From positions 96,968,001-97,032,000 of the forward strand of contig OZ024741.1 in the NCBI GenBank assembly GCA_964016885.1: DNA of 64,000 nucleotides, in the 5' to 3' direction. Positions 1 through 12,579 of the stretch are shown one piece after another. The notes beneath the pieces are model-generated. The model did no database searches, was not told the DNA's origin, and was given only the letters and a program-made list of their open reading frames with translations. The DNA is from Eledone cirrhosa (taxonomy: Eukaryota). A program made the position numbers and the translations under genes. Position 1 is the first letter of the stretch; every line of letters starts with the position of its first letter.

Positions 1-644
<644 letters not shown>

Positions 645-750
645 AACGAATGAGTTATCTCGGATTAGTTGTGGTAAGGAACCAGATGGGCCATAACGCA
701 CCAGAGTACTCAATACTTAGCATAGTAGAGTGGGTAATACCAAAATGTAT
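645..750 (-). mobile_element. 3' tail fragment of HHR repeat family E
   Basis: gtggtaaggaaccagatgggccataacgcaccagagtactcaatactta matches 7382, 25453, 52005, 63625. Confidence 0.85.
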
Positions 751-1366
751 GGTTTTCTCTCTATATATATATATATGTATGTATAAGGATATATAAATAT
801 ATTACATTATTGATGGATGAAAACAAAAGAACAACGGAAAATCAGTCGAGAAAATGACACCAACTGCTCTCACACTCTATCGAATGTCACTTTCATTCTT
901 TATATCTATCTCTTTCTTACTTTTCCACCTCTTTTCTAGTGTATACACTCATTTCTGACAACCTCTCCTATATCTTTACATCTATATCACTTTTCATTTG
1001 AATAGAAGCACAATATTATTAAAAATCTAGTCCGTATACACGTTTTAATGTACATCAGTAATGAACGTCTAAACAGTAACCCTACAAACTATATGCCAAA
1101 AGTCATACTTCCATTCTTTTCTATTTATTTCCTGCAGCTTTCCTCGCTTCATTCATCTATTCCTTCAATTATTCATTTATAGATTACATTCATTTTGCTA
1201 TGTTATTCATTTATAGTAAGAATATTTATTTCATTGCCTCGCACAATCAGATCTGAATAATGTTATGGGATAGAAAGGTTAAATATGAAAAGAGAATATC
1301 ACATATTCGACCCTTTTCCTTCTTCTTTCCTTCTGGTATTGGAATTTTCTGCAATCGAAAATTATA

Positions 1367-1404
<38 letters not shown>

Positions 1405-1799
1405 TGATTATTTTCAATGCCCTGGCATTTACAATATCACCTGAGTGTTCAACGCTTGGTGTCACAATAACTCCTGGCAACTGTGTGATGTCATTTCATT
1501 AATCGAGAAACAGCGTTAACTGCCTATACGAAGCATTATGTATGTTCGTGTGAATTTTCGTTTATGATGTTTACTTATCTATGCATCTGTACACGTAAGA
1601 GAGCGCCAATCCATGTTAGAAAATAGATAACCTGAATTAACAGATTGTAAAAGATAAAATGCTTTTCTTTTTAAATACATTTCTGTCTCCTGCTGTTTTA
1701 AAATATATTTCAGCGTTTGGAAATTACATATGGTGGTGATGTATGAATTTTAATAAATATTTAAAGTGCCTCCAGTTTAAAATAAACATTTTTTTGTAG

Positions 1800-1865
1800 G
1801 GGATGTGTGTGTAGTTAAGCATTTGGCGTTGCAAGTCGTGACATCGGGTTCGAATCAAATGCTGT
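1800..1865 (+). mobile_element. decayed tRNA-derived SINE head
   Basis: A-box-like gtgtagttaag and B-box-like ggttcgaatc. Confidence 0.4.
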
Positions 1866-3724
1866 ATGTTTTAGTCAAATATTCTAAAATATACCATTGA
1901 GTTGTGAATGGAATTAATAAGTAACACTCTCTATAAAAGATATTAATTAATCAATAAGTAAGAAGTTAAGTTTCCGACCAGGGTCGATGTTTTGGGAATG
2001 CATATATATATAAGTTGACAACGTTATTTTAAATTTTCTGCGTGTATTTTCTCTGATCTTTTTCATGAAGCTTGTTATTCTCTCACTGTTGCCTCTCTGT
2101 AATATGAACCGCGGAGGTGTGGGGCCAGTAGAGTTTACCGGTACCTATATATCTCTATGTATATATATTATATAATACATATATATATATACGCATATAC
2201 CCCCCCCACCCACCCACACACACACACACATGTATATATAAATGTGTGTGTGTGTAAAACATTATCGTCTACCATCATCATCACCTGGCCTTCGCAAATA
2301 CGGTGAAAAATATTCTTAACATTTGTGGTAACGTCTGTACACTTATGTATCTTATTCTTTCCATCTCGTTCTATGCTTCTCTCAACTACTGGAAAGTTTA
2401 TATTTGGCATTAATTCTATGTCCATCTGTTGACATTTGTACATGCAATAGGGTCTTTTGAATTTCTTAATAACATGCTCTACTTTGGTTTGCAAGTTTAT
2501 ATTTGCATATTTAGGGATTCCTAACATGTAGCGGTTCATACATCATTCTGTATTTCCAAGCTTATGTTTCGATACAAGGTCATATCTCTGTTTCATAAGG
2601 CATTTCTATTATGTTGTACTGATAAAAACATCACCGTTTCAAGTGTAGTAGCAACCTACTCTAAATAATGTCATTTTATTTACCGAAAGCATATCATCTA
2701 GCATAGATTCGTATTTTGCTATCTTCTATATAGTTATTTCCAATGTTTCCAGCTCTTCAAGATAAATATATGTATCAGTTATCATAAAAGTATCATGAGT
2801 GACTGAAAATTTATTTGTTGCTATTGAATATTTGTTGAATTATTTCATTATAATTTAGTGGAATCTTTTTATTTACCATGTGCTCTTCAGATAACATTTG
2901 ATCTTTTCTTAAGTGTCATATGAGAAGATGGCTATAGGGTCAACAAAGTGAAAATGGCATTAAAATTCGTCAGTTATGCTTTGCATTTTCGCTTGTTTAG
3001 CTTCCTGTGCGTTATTAAAGAATGTAGGCAAAATCACGCTACGGTGTATAATTCTATTTGCAATTTTTGAATTTTTCGCTTTCATAATGAAGATTTATAA
3101 ATTATATTTCCTGGTTAAAATGTTTCAAAATAGTTTATGTATGTTAAAAAAAAAAGCTTAAAATACAGTTGGGACTTCAATGCTATTAAATATGTTCATA
3201 ACACAAGTCTTGCCTGTATATGTTTCTTGATAAACTGTTTCACACACACAGAGACATGCACAGAGATATACTCGTATAAGGATCAGCTGAAAAATTCATA
3301 GGAGTAGGGATAGCAATGTGAAATCTTAATGAATTCATTTGAACCTTTCTTATTTATAACTGCAGTGCATCTTTCTACGGACTATGTTGAAAAATAAAAT
3401 GTGTGTGTACTTATGTGTTTCAGGGTATTCATTTCTACTTTACTGTATAGGTTGTTGCAGTCTCTTTCAACTTAATCTTACCTAGTACCGTAGATTGTCA
3501 AATTGTAGATTGACACAAGAAGAATTACAAGTTCCCTTCCAAAGATGTTGCCCTTTTTCACCTGAAAATTTATCGAGACATCATCTTAGAAATGTCTTCA
3601 GACTCTAGGGAAATATATAGCTGTTTTATTCATAATTTTGCTTCACAATTCCATAGTTCCCTAATTTCTATCTGCGCCGTCAAATCTAACTTTGGAAATT
3701 AAAGGCTGCAGTGTAAAATTTGTG

Positions 3725-3832
<108 letters not shown>

Positions 3833-3871
3833 ACACATATATATATATATGTACATACATATATATATATA

Positions 3872-4097
3872 TATTAATTCAAATATTAACAAAATAGATA
3901 TTCTTGTGATCAATAAAATTTTATTATACATATTTCAGAGGTACTGAATTAAGTTCAACAGTACTTGCTCATCACATGAATATCTATTTTGTTAATATTT
4001 GAATTAATATTAATAACTCTGGAAAATATCTATTGCAGAGTGCTTCCAATCTACTGTAAAACTCATTCTTTGATGTACTCATTGAATCTTGTTTAAC

Positions 4098-4104
<7 letters not shown>
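3872..4104. mobile_element. short fold-back insertion in (TA)n
   Basis: 3872-3910 is the reverse complement of 3973-4009; right arm continues about 95 nt; TA tracts on both sides. Confidence 0.7.
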
Positions 4105-4147
<43 letters not shown>

Positions 4148-4154
<7 letters not shown>

Positions 4155-4200
4155 TAACAGATTAAAGTTTAAGCAAAGAATCGCTGCTTTCACCCTTAGC
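4148..4200 (-). mobile_element. 5'-truncated PLE terminal fragment (3' half of HHR family Q)
   Basis: Matches 61222-61271 and 63258-63313. Confidence 0.75.
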
Positions 4201-4977
4201 ATTATATATATATATATAATACTAACCCAATCATTGAGCCCACCTCGCTTCGGCTATCGGCATCTATTAATCTCTCTCTCTCGCACTCTCTCTCTCTCTT
4301 TCCCTCTCTCTCACTTTCTCTCCCTCCCTCTCTTTCTTTCTCTCTCTCTCTCTATATATATATATATACATACATAGATATACATAGACACATATGTATA
4401 CATTAACGCACACACACACACGCAAACACTCGCACACACACACACAAACAAATACTCCCCCCCCCCGCTCCCCGCCCCATATATATACGTATAATTTTAC
4501 ACAGAATAATTCATATATCGTGGCATTTTATTTTTTGCTAAATATTGCTTTGACTATGGAAATAGACTTTTCATATTTTACCTCCGGAAATTAATGAAAC
4601 TGCCATGTCCGGTTTGTAGTGGTGCTAATTTCAGCCGGCATCTTTAGAGAAAAGCCATTTGAGGGAGAATCAAACAAGGAAAGTCTTGTGTTTGTTCTGA
4701 TAAATAGATATTGGCAGATATTAATTTAGTGTATTTTGATGAAATCTTGCCTCACGTAAGATTCTTGATTTAGTTATTATGTTGTCAGAATGTTTTGTCT
4801 ATTGATGGCCATGATGGTGCTGGTAGGAGTCGGAGTAAGATGTGTAGTAGTAGTAGTCATAATAGGGGTGTTGATGGTAGTAGTTTTAATAGTGCTGGTG
4901 GTGGTAGTAATAGAAGTAGTAGAGTTATAAATTGTAATAGTAGTCGCAGTAGTAATGACAACATATATTCTTAATAC

Positions 4978-5163
4978 GGATTGGCAGTATCAGTAGTGCG
5001 GTAGACACCATGCTTTGCAGCAGTGTGTTATGGCTCTTTTCGTTCTGAGTTCAAGTCCCGCCGAGATTAACTTTGCTTTTCATCCTCACGAGTGGATAAA
5101 ATAAAGCACAGGTAGTGCACTGAGGTAATTACTGGCCCTGTGCCAAAAGTAGAAACAATTATT
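4978..5163 (+). mobile_element. tRNA-derived SINE family A
   Basis: A box tggcagtatcag, B box gttcaagtcc, core gcttttcatcctcacgagtggataaaat, followed by (GTA/GCA)n. Confidence 0.85.
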
Positions 5164-5229
5164 AGTATCATCAGTGAAGTAGCAGCAGTAGTAGTGGTGG
5201 TAACAGAAGCAGCAGCAGCTGCAGCAGCT

Positions 5230-5285
<56 letters not shown>

Positions 5286-5320
5286 TTTAGTAATAATAGT
5301 AGTAGTAGTAGTAGTAGTAG
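5164..5320. repeat. (GCA)n/(GTA)n trinucleotide tract
   Basis: Directly visible; gives the poly-A/poly-V ORF. Confidence 0.95.
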
Positions 5321-6472
5321 GTGTGAGTGATGGTGCGGTTTATAACAATAGATGATGTTTTGTTGTAGGGGAGTTCGTAGTGCTGTTGATGCCGACGACT
5401 ATTTTGTTGTAGGCGGTGATGTTAAGGATGACGTTAATTTGAATTTAATTGTTTTAGACATATCTATATGAAGAATATACTTATGAGAATTGAACCTAAA
5501 CAGAACTGCTCTTAATGATCAATATATATGTACATACATACATTCATACACACACACACATATATATATATACCCACACTCAAACATATATGTGTACGTA
5601 CGTGTGTGTGTATGTTTGTATGTGTCTATGTGTGTGTGTGTGGGGGGGGGGAATATATGAAGATCGAGTTTGAACGAAAATGAATATATAAAAAAAAACA
5701 GTTTTCTAAAATGAAACGAATAAAGGGTTATATATTTTTAAATAACTGATTGTGGACTTAATGAAAACTGATCTGATATTCTTTTCTATTATTAGAGAGA
5801 AATAAAGCGTTAGAATAGAAGCAATCGTAGTCCTTTAGCTTGCGTGCATTGTAACATATCGTTCTATGCCTTTATATTAAACATATAATTCATACAGAGT
5901 TGATTTATCCATAAAATGGAGTAGATGTAACATGTACGGCTCGCTGTTCATGTATTGCAATTGGTTAACTGAAATTTTATTTGTCACAAAACCGAACATA
6001 TCTGAAGCTAAATATTATCTAACTCTCAAATAAAGAATACTTGTTAAAACAATTATTCATTTTCCTTTCTAGGCTGTAAATTTGGATTTTCAATCCAGCA
6101 GTTTGCCCTGAATTTGCAACTACATCAGATCCTATCGATATTACATAATACTAGAAATGGGGTGGCTGACAACATGATCGATTATTACTGTACTATCCAG
6201 CCTGTACTCTTTAAAACGGTACTGTTTAAATCAGGCATGACGCATTTGACAATGGCGATAGAGAGAACACCAAACAAACATAATTGTCTGTGATCATATG
6301 AAATTAAAGTAGAGAAACACTACACAAACGTATGCAGAATGCCAAATATTGTCATTACAACTTAGTAAAGAAATGGGTTTTATTAAGTTTGTTTCTACTA
6401 TAACATGCAGCATAAGCATAAACCTGAGCTAGGTAACATAAATCCACAGTTGTATACTTTCAAATAATAATA

Positions 6473-6635
6473 ATTGTTTCTACTATAGGCACAAGGCCAG
6501 CAATTTGGGGAGAGGGGAAGTCGATGAAATTGTCCCAGTGTGTTACTGGTACTTTATTTTATCGACCTCGTAAGGATGAAAGGCAAAGCTAACCTCGGCG
6601 GGATTTGAACTCAGAACGTATAGGGCCATAACTCT
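6473..6635 (-). mobile_element. SINE family A
   Basis: tttatcgacctcgtaaggatgaaaggcaaagctaacctcggcgggatttgaactcag shared with other copies. Confidence 0.9.
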
Positions 6636-7007
6636 TGTAGATTCGAGTGGTACGCTCAACGTTAAAATGTCAGAATTATACTTATTCCACAATTCCAATA
6701 TACTATAATGTAATTATTACTAAGAAGCAAATTATCTCTGATTACACCACATACCATCTTCGAGGGAACGCCGTTGAATTAATAGCGGCATGGTACAACA
6801 CAGACATTATATGTTTCTTGAGTTTTCGAGAATTTATTAGCTTAATATTTCGTTGTTTATATTCCAAAAACATTCTTTTACACAAACATGATGTTTAAGC
6901 TTTTTACCCGTACGTATCACGACTTTTTTTTTCAAAGATATTGCATATACATATACATACACATACATACACACACACACATATATATACATATATATAT
7001 ATATATA

Positions 7008-7185
7008 ATTGTTTCTACATTTGGCACAAGGCCATCAATTACCCAGTACATTACTGGTACTCTATTTTATCGACCCCGTAAGGATGAAAGGCAAAGTTAA
7101 CCTCGGCGGGATTTGAACTCAGACCGTAAAGGGACGTAACTATGCTGGAAAGCATGGCGTCCGACCCTCTACCAATACTGCCAAT
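7008..7185 (-). mobile_element. SINE family A, near full length
   Basis: Same core; A and B boxes on the minus strand. Confidence 0.9.
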
Positions 7186-7238
7186 ATTATTCAAAATGTT
7201 AACAAATGAAAAATATTCTCTATTCTCATAATCAAAAT

Positions 7239-7306
7239 ATATATTATATTATACATATTTCAAAGGTACAATGGTGTTTCAGTACGTTTTCATCAGGCAA
7301 AATATA
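7239..7306 (-). ncRNA. hammerhead ribozyme (family A) in PLE-type terminal repeat 7186-7365
   Basis: Minus strand: CUGAUGA AAACGUAC..GUACCUUU GAAAUAUGUAUA; stem I imperfect; homologous to 62870-63045. Confidence 0.6.
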
Positions 7307-7381
7307 TGATTTGATATGTGACATACCGCTACGGTTTTGAATATTCAATTACAGTATTGGCAGTTATATATATATATATAT

Positions 7382-7558
7382 AACGAAGGAAATGTGGTAA
7401 GGAACCAGGTGGACCATAACGCACCAAAGTACTCAATACTTGAGGTAGTAGAGTGGGTAATAGGAACCAGTAAGACCCCGACAGCTGAGCTCAAGCCGTT
7501 TCGACGTCCAGAATTAGCCGTCGAAACGGCTTGAGCTCAGCTGTCGGGGTCTTACTGG

Positions 7559-7561
<3 letters not shown>
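7382..7561. mobile_element. mini head-to-head fold-back of family E
   Basis: 7462-7506 is inverted relative to 7520-7561; flanked by (TA)n. Confidence 0.9.
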
Positions 7562-7596
<35 letters not shown>

Positions 7597-7811
7597 ATTT
7601 ACGTATCGAGAGAGAGAAAAAGAAGGGGAGGATAGGTGATACATATAGTTATTTGCCAAGTAGCGTATGCCAAAGGTTCTCGATACTAGTGCCGGGAGTA
7701 TTAAATATTCGAAGTGTTAATATTTAGTGGGCTAGAGAATTAGCAGAGCGTAAGCACGTGGGAAAGTAAGAAATCGGAGAATAGACCGTTAAAATATGTT
7801 TATTTAAAAGA

Positions 7812-7851
7812 GCACCTACGTACGTTTCGCCCGGTTGGGCCTCTCAAGGGC
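7812..7851 (-). ncRNA. minimal hammerhead ribozyme (family B, U3/A8, A9G mutated)
   Basis: GCCC UUGAGAG GCCC-AACC-GGGC GAAACGUACGUA GGUGC. Confidence 0.7.
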
Positions 7852-8225
7852 ATAAATAATCAAAAGTGTTCCTTACATTGCTCGGAAAGAGTTTTGGGGG
7901 TTAAATCTACGTCAAGGTTCATTGCTCGCAAAAAAAGCTTGTTTAGATTTTGCAGCAGGTCAAGGGAGGTAACACTGGCCGGTGTTAGGGCAGTCTTTCC
8001 CGGACAAATTTTTTATCCGCTACGAGATGAGGTTACAACCTTACCATTGTCGATACGCATGTAATCAACGCTTATTTTGAGAGTCTTTTTTTTTTTTGCT
8101 GCATCTGTTTGTCTGAATCGTTTGAGGCTGGGTCTGGTATGCAAGGATAGTTTCCTGGGTGTTATTTTGCAGTACCTGCCCGCCGCGGTGTTAAGACTTG
8201 TTGCAAGGAGATCCGGTGCACGGTT

Positions 8226-9236
8226 TCACTCCTCATCCTTAACCCATCTGAAGAAGGATATTTTTAAGCGATGTGTACAACTCATCGCTGTTTCAGCTCT
8301 GCTGTTCATGAGGTCGTGGGGTGCAGTTATGATGTGGTAGAGTTCCATGAGGCAAAGATCGCATTTCCTCTTGAAGTTGAACGGTGCAGTCCTTCCGACA
8401 ATATCCCAGTGCGTGGAGAAGCTGATGTTTAAGTCCTTTAGTGATGTCATGTAGTCCGCGAGCGAAGTGGAGTGTCTTAGTTTTTTATTTGTGAAAGAGT
8501 GGAGATGTGTTCGAAACCTAATTTTGAACGGGCCGGAGGTAGCCCCTATATAGTGTTTAACGCTATTGTAGCTAGTTATAGTGCATCTATATATAACCCT
8601 ATCAGTCAAGCAGGATCCTCTAAGGGGGCAGCATCCTCTGTCGCGGCAGTTGCAATTTCTGTCGCGGTTCCGTCTATTTCCTACGGTAAGGCTATCATTG
8701 TTGCTGCCCACGTTGTTACCCACGCTACCGCAGCTGTCGTTAGCACCATTACAACCCACAGCACGTGGGGTGGTGCGATTGTTATTCCGCACGTCATATC
8801 CTGCATGTTCCCCAGTCATTTCGCGGTTATGCTGTTTGCGTCTGCGGATGCCGTTGCCAACACTATTGGGTGCTGCCAGTGAGTTGTTAAGGCCGATATA
8901 GTTATTGTCAGGTGTAGGTGCGTCTGAGCCGAGGTGCTGTGTCTTGGTGATCTTACTGTAGTTCGTTGTTCCTATGATGTCTGCTAGGTTAGGAGTAGTA
9001 GAGAAGGATATTTTTATATTGTTCCTATTAAGAATTTTTCTATACCTATGGTTGGCCGGGAAGTTCTTCTCTAAGGCTTCGAAGAACATCCGGGGTATGT
9101 TGGAGGCCACACTCTGAGAGTAGGGGGGGGACCATAGGACGTTACGGTGGCGATTACGTGTCCTTGTACGTTTGCAACGGGTGGTTCCATCTAGGTGACC
9201 GCTCTTATGTGTGTTAGTGCGCAGTCGCCCGTTCAT
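8226..9236 (-). CDS. PLE linker plus GIY-YIG endonuclease (C-terminal part of broken RT-EN ORF)
   Basis: WSPPYS..ISFSTTPNL; CNCx5CPLxGxC; VIY..YIG..FKIRFRTH; CDLCLME. Confidence 0.9.
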   Translation of the reverse strand: MNGRLRTNTHKSGHLDGTTRCKRTRTRNRHRNVLWSPPYSQSVASNIPRMFFEALEKNFPANHRYRKILNRNNIKISFSTTPNLADIIGTTNYSKITKTQHLGSDAPTPDNNYIGLNNSLAAPNSVGNGIRRRKQHNREMTGEHAGYDVRNNNRTTPRAVGCNGANDSCGSVGNNVGSNNDSLTVGNRRNRDRNCNCRDRGCCPLRGSCLTDRVIYRCTITSYNSVKHYIGATSGPFKIRFRTHLHSFTNKKLRHSTSLADYMTSLKDLNISFSTHWDIVGRTAPFNFKRKCDLCLMELYHIITAPHDLMNSRAETAMSCTHRLKISFFRWVKDEE

Positions 9237-10004
9237 TGCCCCTTTCGCTTTATGCTCGGGTGCACTCTTCCTACCTATTCCATGCTTATGTACAGGAAGA
9301 TGTTGGTTGGAAGGCGTTGGTAGTAGGCCGTCGCCTTTGTTGGTTTTGTAATAGGGAATAGTTCGAGTAATCTACAGTGGTCACCGTCGCCGGGGTCGTG
9401 ATCTTTAGTGCGGTTATCTATTCTATTATATCCGACTCCAACGAGGTGGCCGCGTGACCGGTTATAGGTATGGCTTACTATAACATTCGTTTTATGAGGG
9501 TGGGGGTTCTAGAGCTAGCGTTAGGGATATAGGAAATTCCTCGGTTAAAGCCGGCGCTTATCAAGGCCCTATTGTAGTAATCTGCCGCTTGGTTGAAGAT
9601 ATCCTCATTGGCGGATAGCTTCGAGATTCTGTGAGATGCTATAGACTATGGAGTTGAGAGTCTGCTTAGGGTGGTTGGAGGCATAATTAATATAAGAGAG
9701 GCACTCTCCTGGCTTATGGTATGGCTTGTATAAGCCCGTAGAGAAGGATATATTCACCAGCTTAGAAATAGAAAAGTACACTAACCCGTCGGTCCCTCTG
9801 ACACCTAAATTCTCTCTTAAGGATCACATCTCGTAGCGGATAAAAAATGTGCCCGGGAAAGACTGCCCTAACATCGGCCAGAGTTACCTCCCTTGACCTG
9901 CTGCAAAATCAAAACAAGCTATTTTTGCGAGCAATGAACCTTGATGTAGATTTAACCCCCAAAACTCTTTCCGAGCAATGTAAGGAACACTTTTGATTAT
10001 TTAT

Positions 10005-10044
10005 GCTCTTGAGAAGCCCAACCGGGCGAAACGTAGTTAGGTGC
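10005..10044 (+). ncRNA. minimal hammerhead ribozyme (family B, U3-A8 core)
   Basis: GCUC UUGAGAA GCCC-AACC-GGGC GAAACGUAGUUA GGUGC; stem III mutated relative to 7812. Confidence 0.7.
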
Positions 10045-10155
10045 TGTTTTAAATAAACATGATTTAACTGTCTATTCTCCGATTTCTTACTTTCGCACGT
10101 ATATATATATATATATATGATGTGAAAAAAACCACAGACCCTCCATCTCAACTCA

Positions 10156-10192
10156 CCTTTTGAAAAGCAGAAGAACTGCGAACCGGTAAAGG
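10156..10192 (+). ncRNA. minimal hammerhead ribozyme (family R, U3-A8 core, one A of GAAA lost)
   Basis: CCUU UUGAAAA GCAG-AAGAA-CUGC GAA CCGG UA AAGG, in a short insert between TA tracts. Confidence 0.65.
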
Positions 10193-10421
10193 AACCAAAT
10201 AAATATATATATTTAAAAAAAAAATAAGACTCCAGTTGCATTTTCGATTTCATCTCTTTTTCTTTATACTTTCACTCGTGTAGGACACCTCGGTTATTTT
10301 TCATTTTGTAAAAAAACCTCACTTTCTAATATATATATATATATATTAAAATAACAGATTAAAGTTTACTATAATCCAAAGAGGGCTCGATAAGGAATTT
10401 AGTCTTCAAATTTATTATTAT

Positions 10422-10494
<73 letters not shown>

Positions 10495-10744
10495 AATATT
10501 TAAAAAATAATGAATAAAACAAAGAAACAGTTCCTTATATTAAACAAAAAAAGTTCATTATTTAACGATCGTTTCTAGGACATATATGTGTTACATATAT
10601 TTATATATATATATATTTACATATATATATGTGTATATAAAGGGAGAGAGAGAGAGAGAGTGTGTGTGTGTGTGTGTGTGTGTGCGTGTGTGTGTGAGAG
10701 AGAGGGAGAGAGAGAGAAAGAGAGAGAGAGGGAGAGAGAGATAG

Positions 10745-10779
<35 letters not shown>

Positions 10780-12579
10780 TAAAGCCCGTAGCATCAAATT
10801 CTTCGTATATCTGTATTGCTCATTTTATTCTGAATTGTATTTCACAATCTGTGGAAACAATTACTAGATTTTTATCATCGTCGCTTATCTTTACATACGA
10901 AAGATCAGAACATTATAAGCGGTTGACGTCTTTCACTACACATGTGAGCTGAGCAGATAAATAATTAGACTATTTGTATAATATTTAATGAAGCTAAAAA
11001 TATTTTCATGTTTTATTATTAGTATTTTGTTCGTAAATCCTGGAATTTTGACCCAAATGTTTATCTTGTGTTTGATATCATTTGTCTTTTGATGTGTTAT
11101 GTTTATTCACATTATCTCACAGTTGATAAAAACATTTTATGGAACACTGCGAAATTTTAGTTTTGTACTAATACGTGAAACATTTCCGGAACAACTATTG
11201 CTCCTATTTAATATCAGCGGCATTGTTAGCGATCGGTTTGCATCCATTTTTGCACTTCACATACTAGATCAATTTCCTGTTTGTGTGTGTGTCGGTGTGT
11301 AAGTGCATGAATGGGCAAGTACTCATTTAAAATTGTTTCGTTGAAAACGGAAACAAAGTTCTGTAAAAATAAGTTACTTTAAAACATCAAGTAGAAGTTA
11401 GATTAACATATTGAAAACGTGATTGTGATGGAATGTGATTGTATTCAGACAGAACTTTTCACATTTCCTTAATTGTTTCTTCTGAATTGTCTACAAAAAT
11501 AAATTTACAAAATTTAGTATTCTATTAAGATTTCAAGTCCTTCGCAGATATACTCAGAATATAAATGATGTTAATGATGCCGTTGTATTCTAACAGCTTC
11601 GCGTGGGACGGAAGCGAACTTAGAAGGATTATTAAACAGATATTTACTCACATCATAACGTTTTAAGTAAGCGATATTACAATTTACATATATAAACTTT
11701 TCTGAAAGCAGAAAAAATATCTTCAGCGCCTTCATTACCAGTGATATTACTCTGCGCCTTGACACCAGCCAATGGGATTTTTGTGGTCCAACACATACTT
11801 ATGAGTAAGTAGTCAAATCTTCCCTCTTCTTGAAATCAAAGTGACACTTTTCCGAGAGGGACGGCTATCCTAGGGTAACCTGTTCTGTCTACTTGGAGCA
11901 ACTGGATTTAAGTGACAATAGCAAGCTCTTGCTTATTCTCGCCACACACACACATACACACACACCTACATACATACAGACATACATGCATATATACATA
12001 GAAATTACACATATATATAAGTATATGTGTAACTATATATATACATAAAATCATAGCGGACAAATGCAGAGATTGAAAAAACAATTAGTTTTATTAATTT
12101 CACGCTTCGGATGAAAGAGAGAAAAACATTAAATCTATCGATCCTTAACCCTTTATCCGGAGAGTACAATATTTCATATATTAGAAAATGAAAAGCTAGA
12201 AAAATGTTAATATGCGTATATATGTTGTTTTGAATTTAGAAATGACATAAAATATTCAAAAATCCCTCTATTTTTCACTCTTCTATCTATCTGCTCATGC
12301 AATGCTGTGCACTAACATTTCATCCAAACTTCCCCAAAAAGGCATCTTCAAGACTTCTATCTCACCCGATTTTGATGTGGATACTTTCTGAGGTTGGAAA
12401 TTATAGGAGGTTGGACATTTCTGCAAAACTTGACTTATCCATCGACTCTTTCCAGATTTCTCATAATATTCAGACACCCACAGATGACACCTATGCTGCC
12501 TCCGTAGAAATCCTAGGATTTCCTATGAGAAAACATGAGGAATAGTTTTATGAATGCAACAAAAATGTCCATAACCTTA

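Larger units (their letters stand above)
7600..10098 (-). mobile_element. Penelope-like retroelement (Hydra-type), 5'-truncated, with inverted terminal repeat
   Basis: RT thumb remnants (YKPYHKP, SNHP, LSANEDIF) at about 9520-9790; GIY-YIG ORF; 7757-8030 inverted at 9825-10098. Confidence 0.9.

Noticed and set aside
2168-3160. Possible decayed coding sequence on the minus strand
   Set aside because: No recognisable motif; many stops.
8499-8901. Plus-strand ORFs of 127 and 106 aa
   Set aside because: Antisense shadows of the GIY-YIG ORF.
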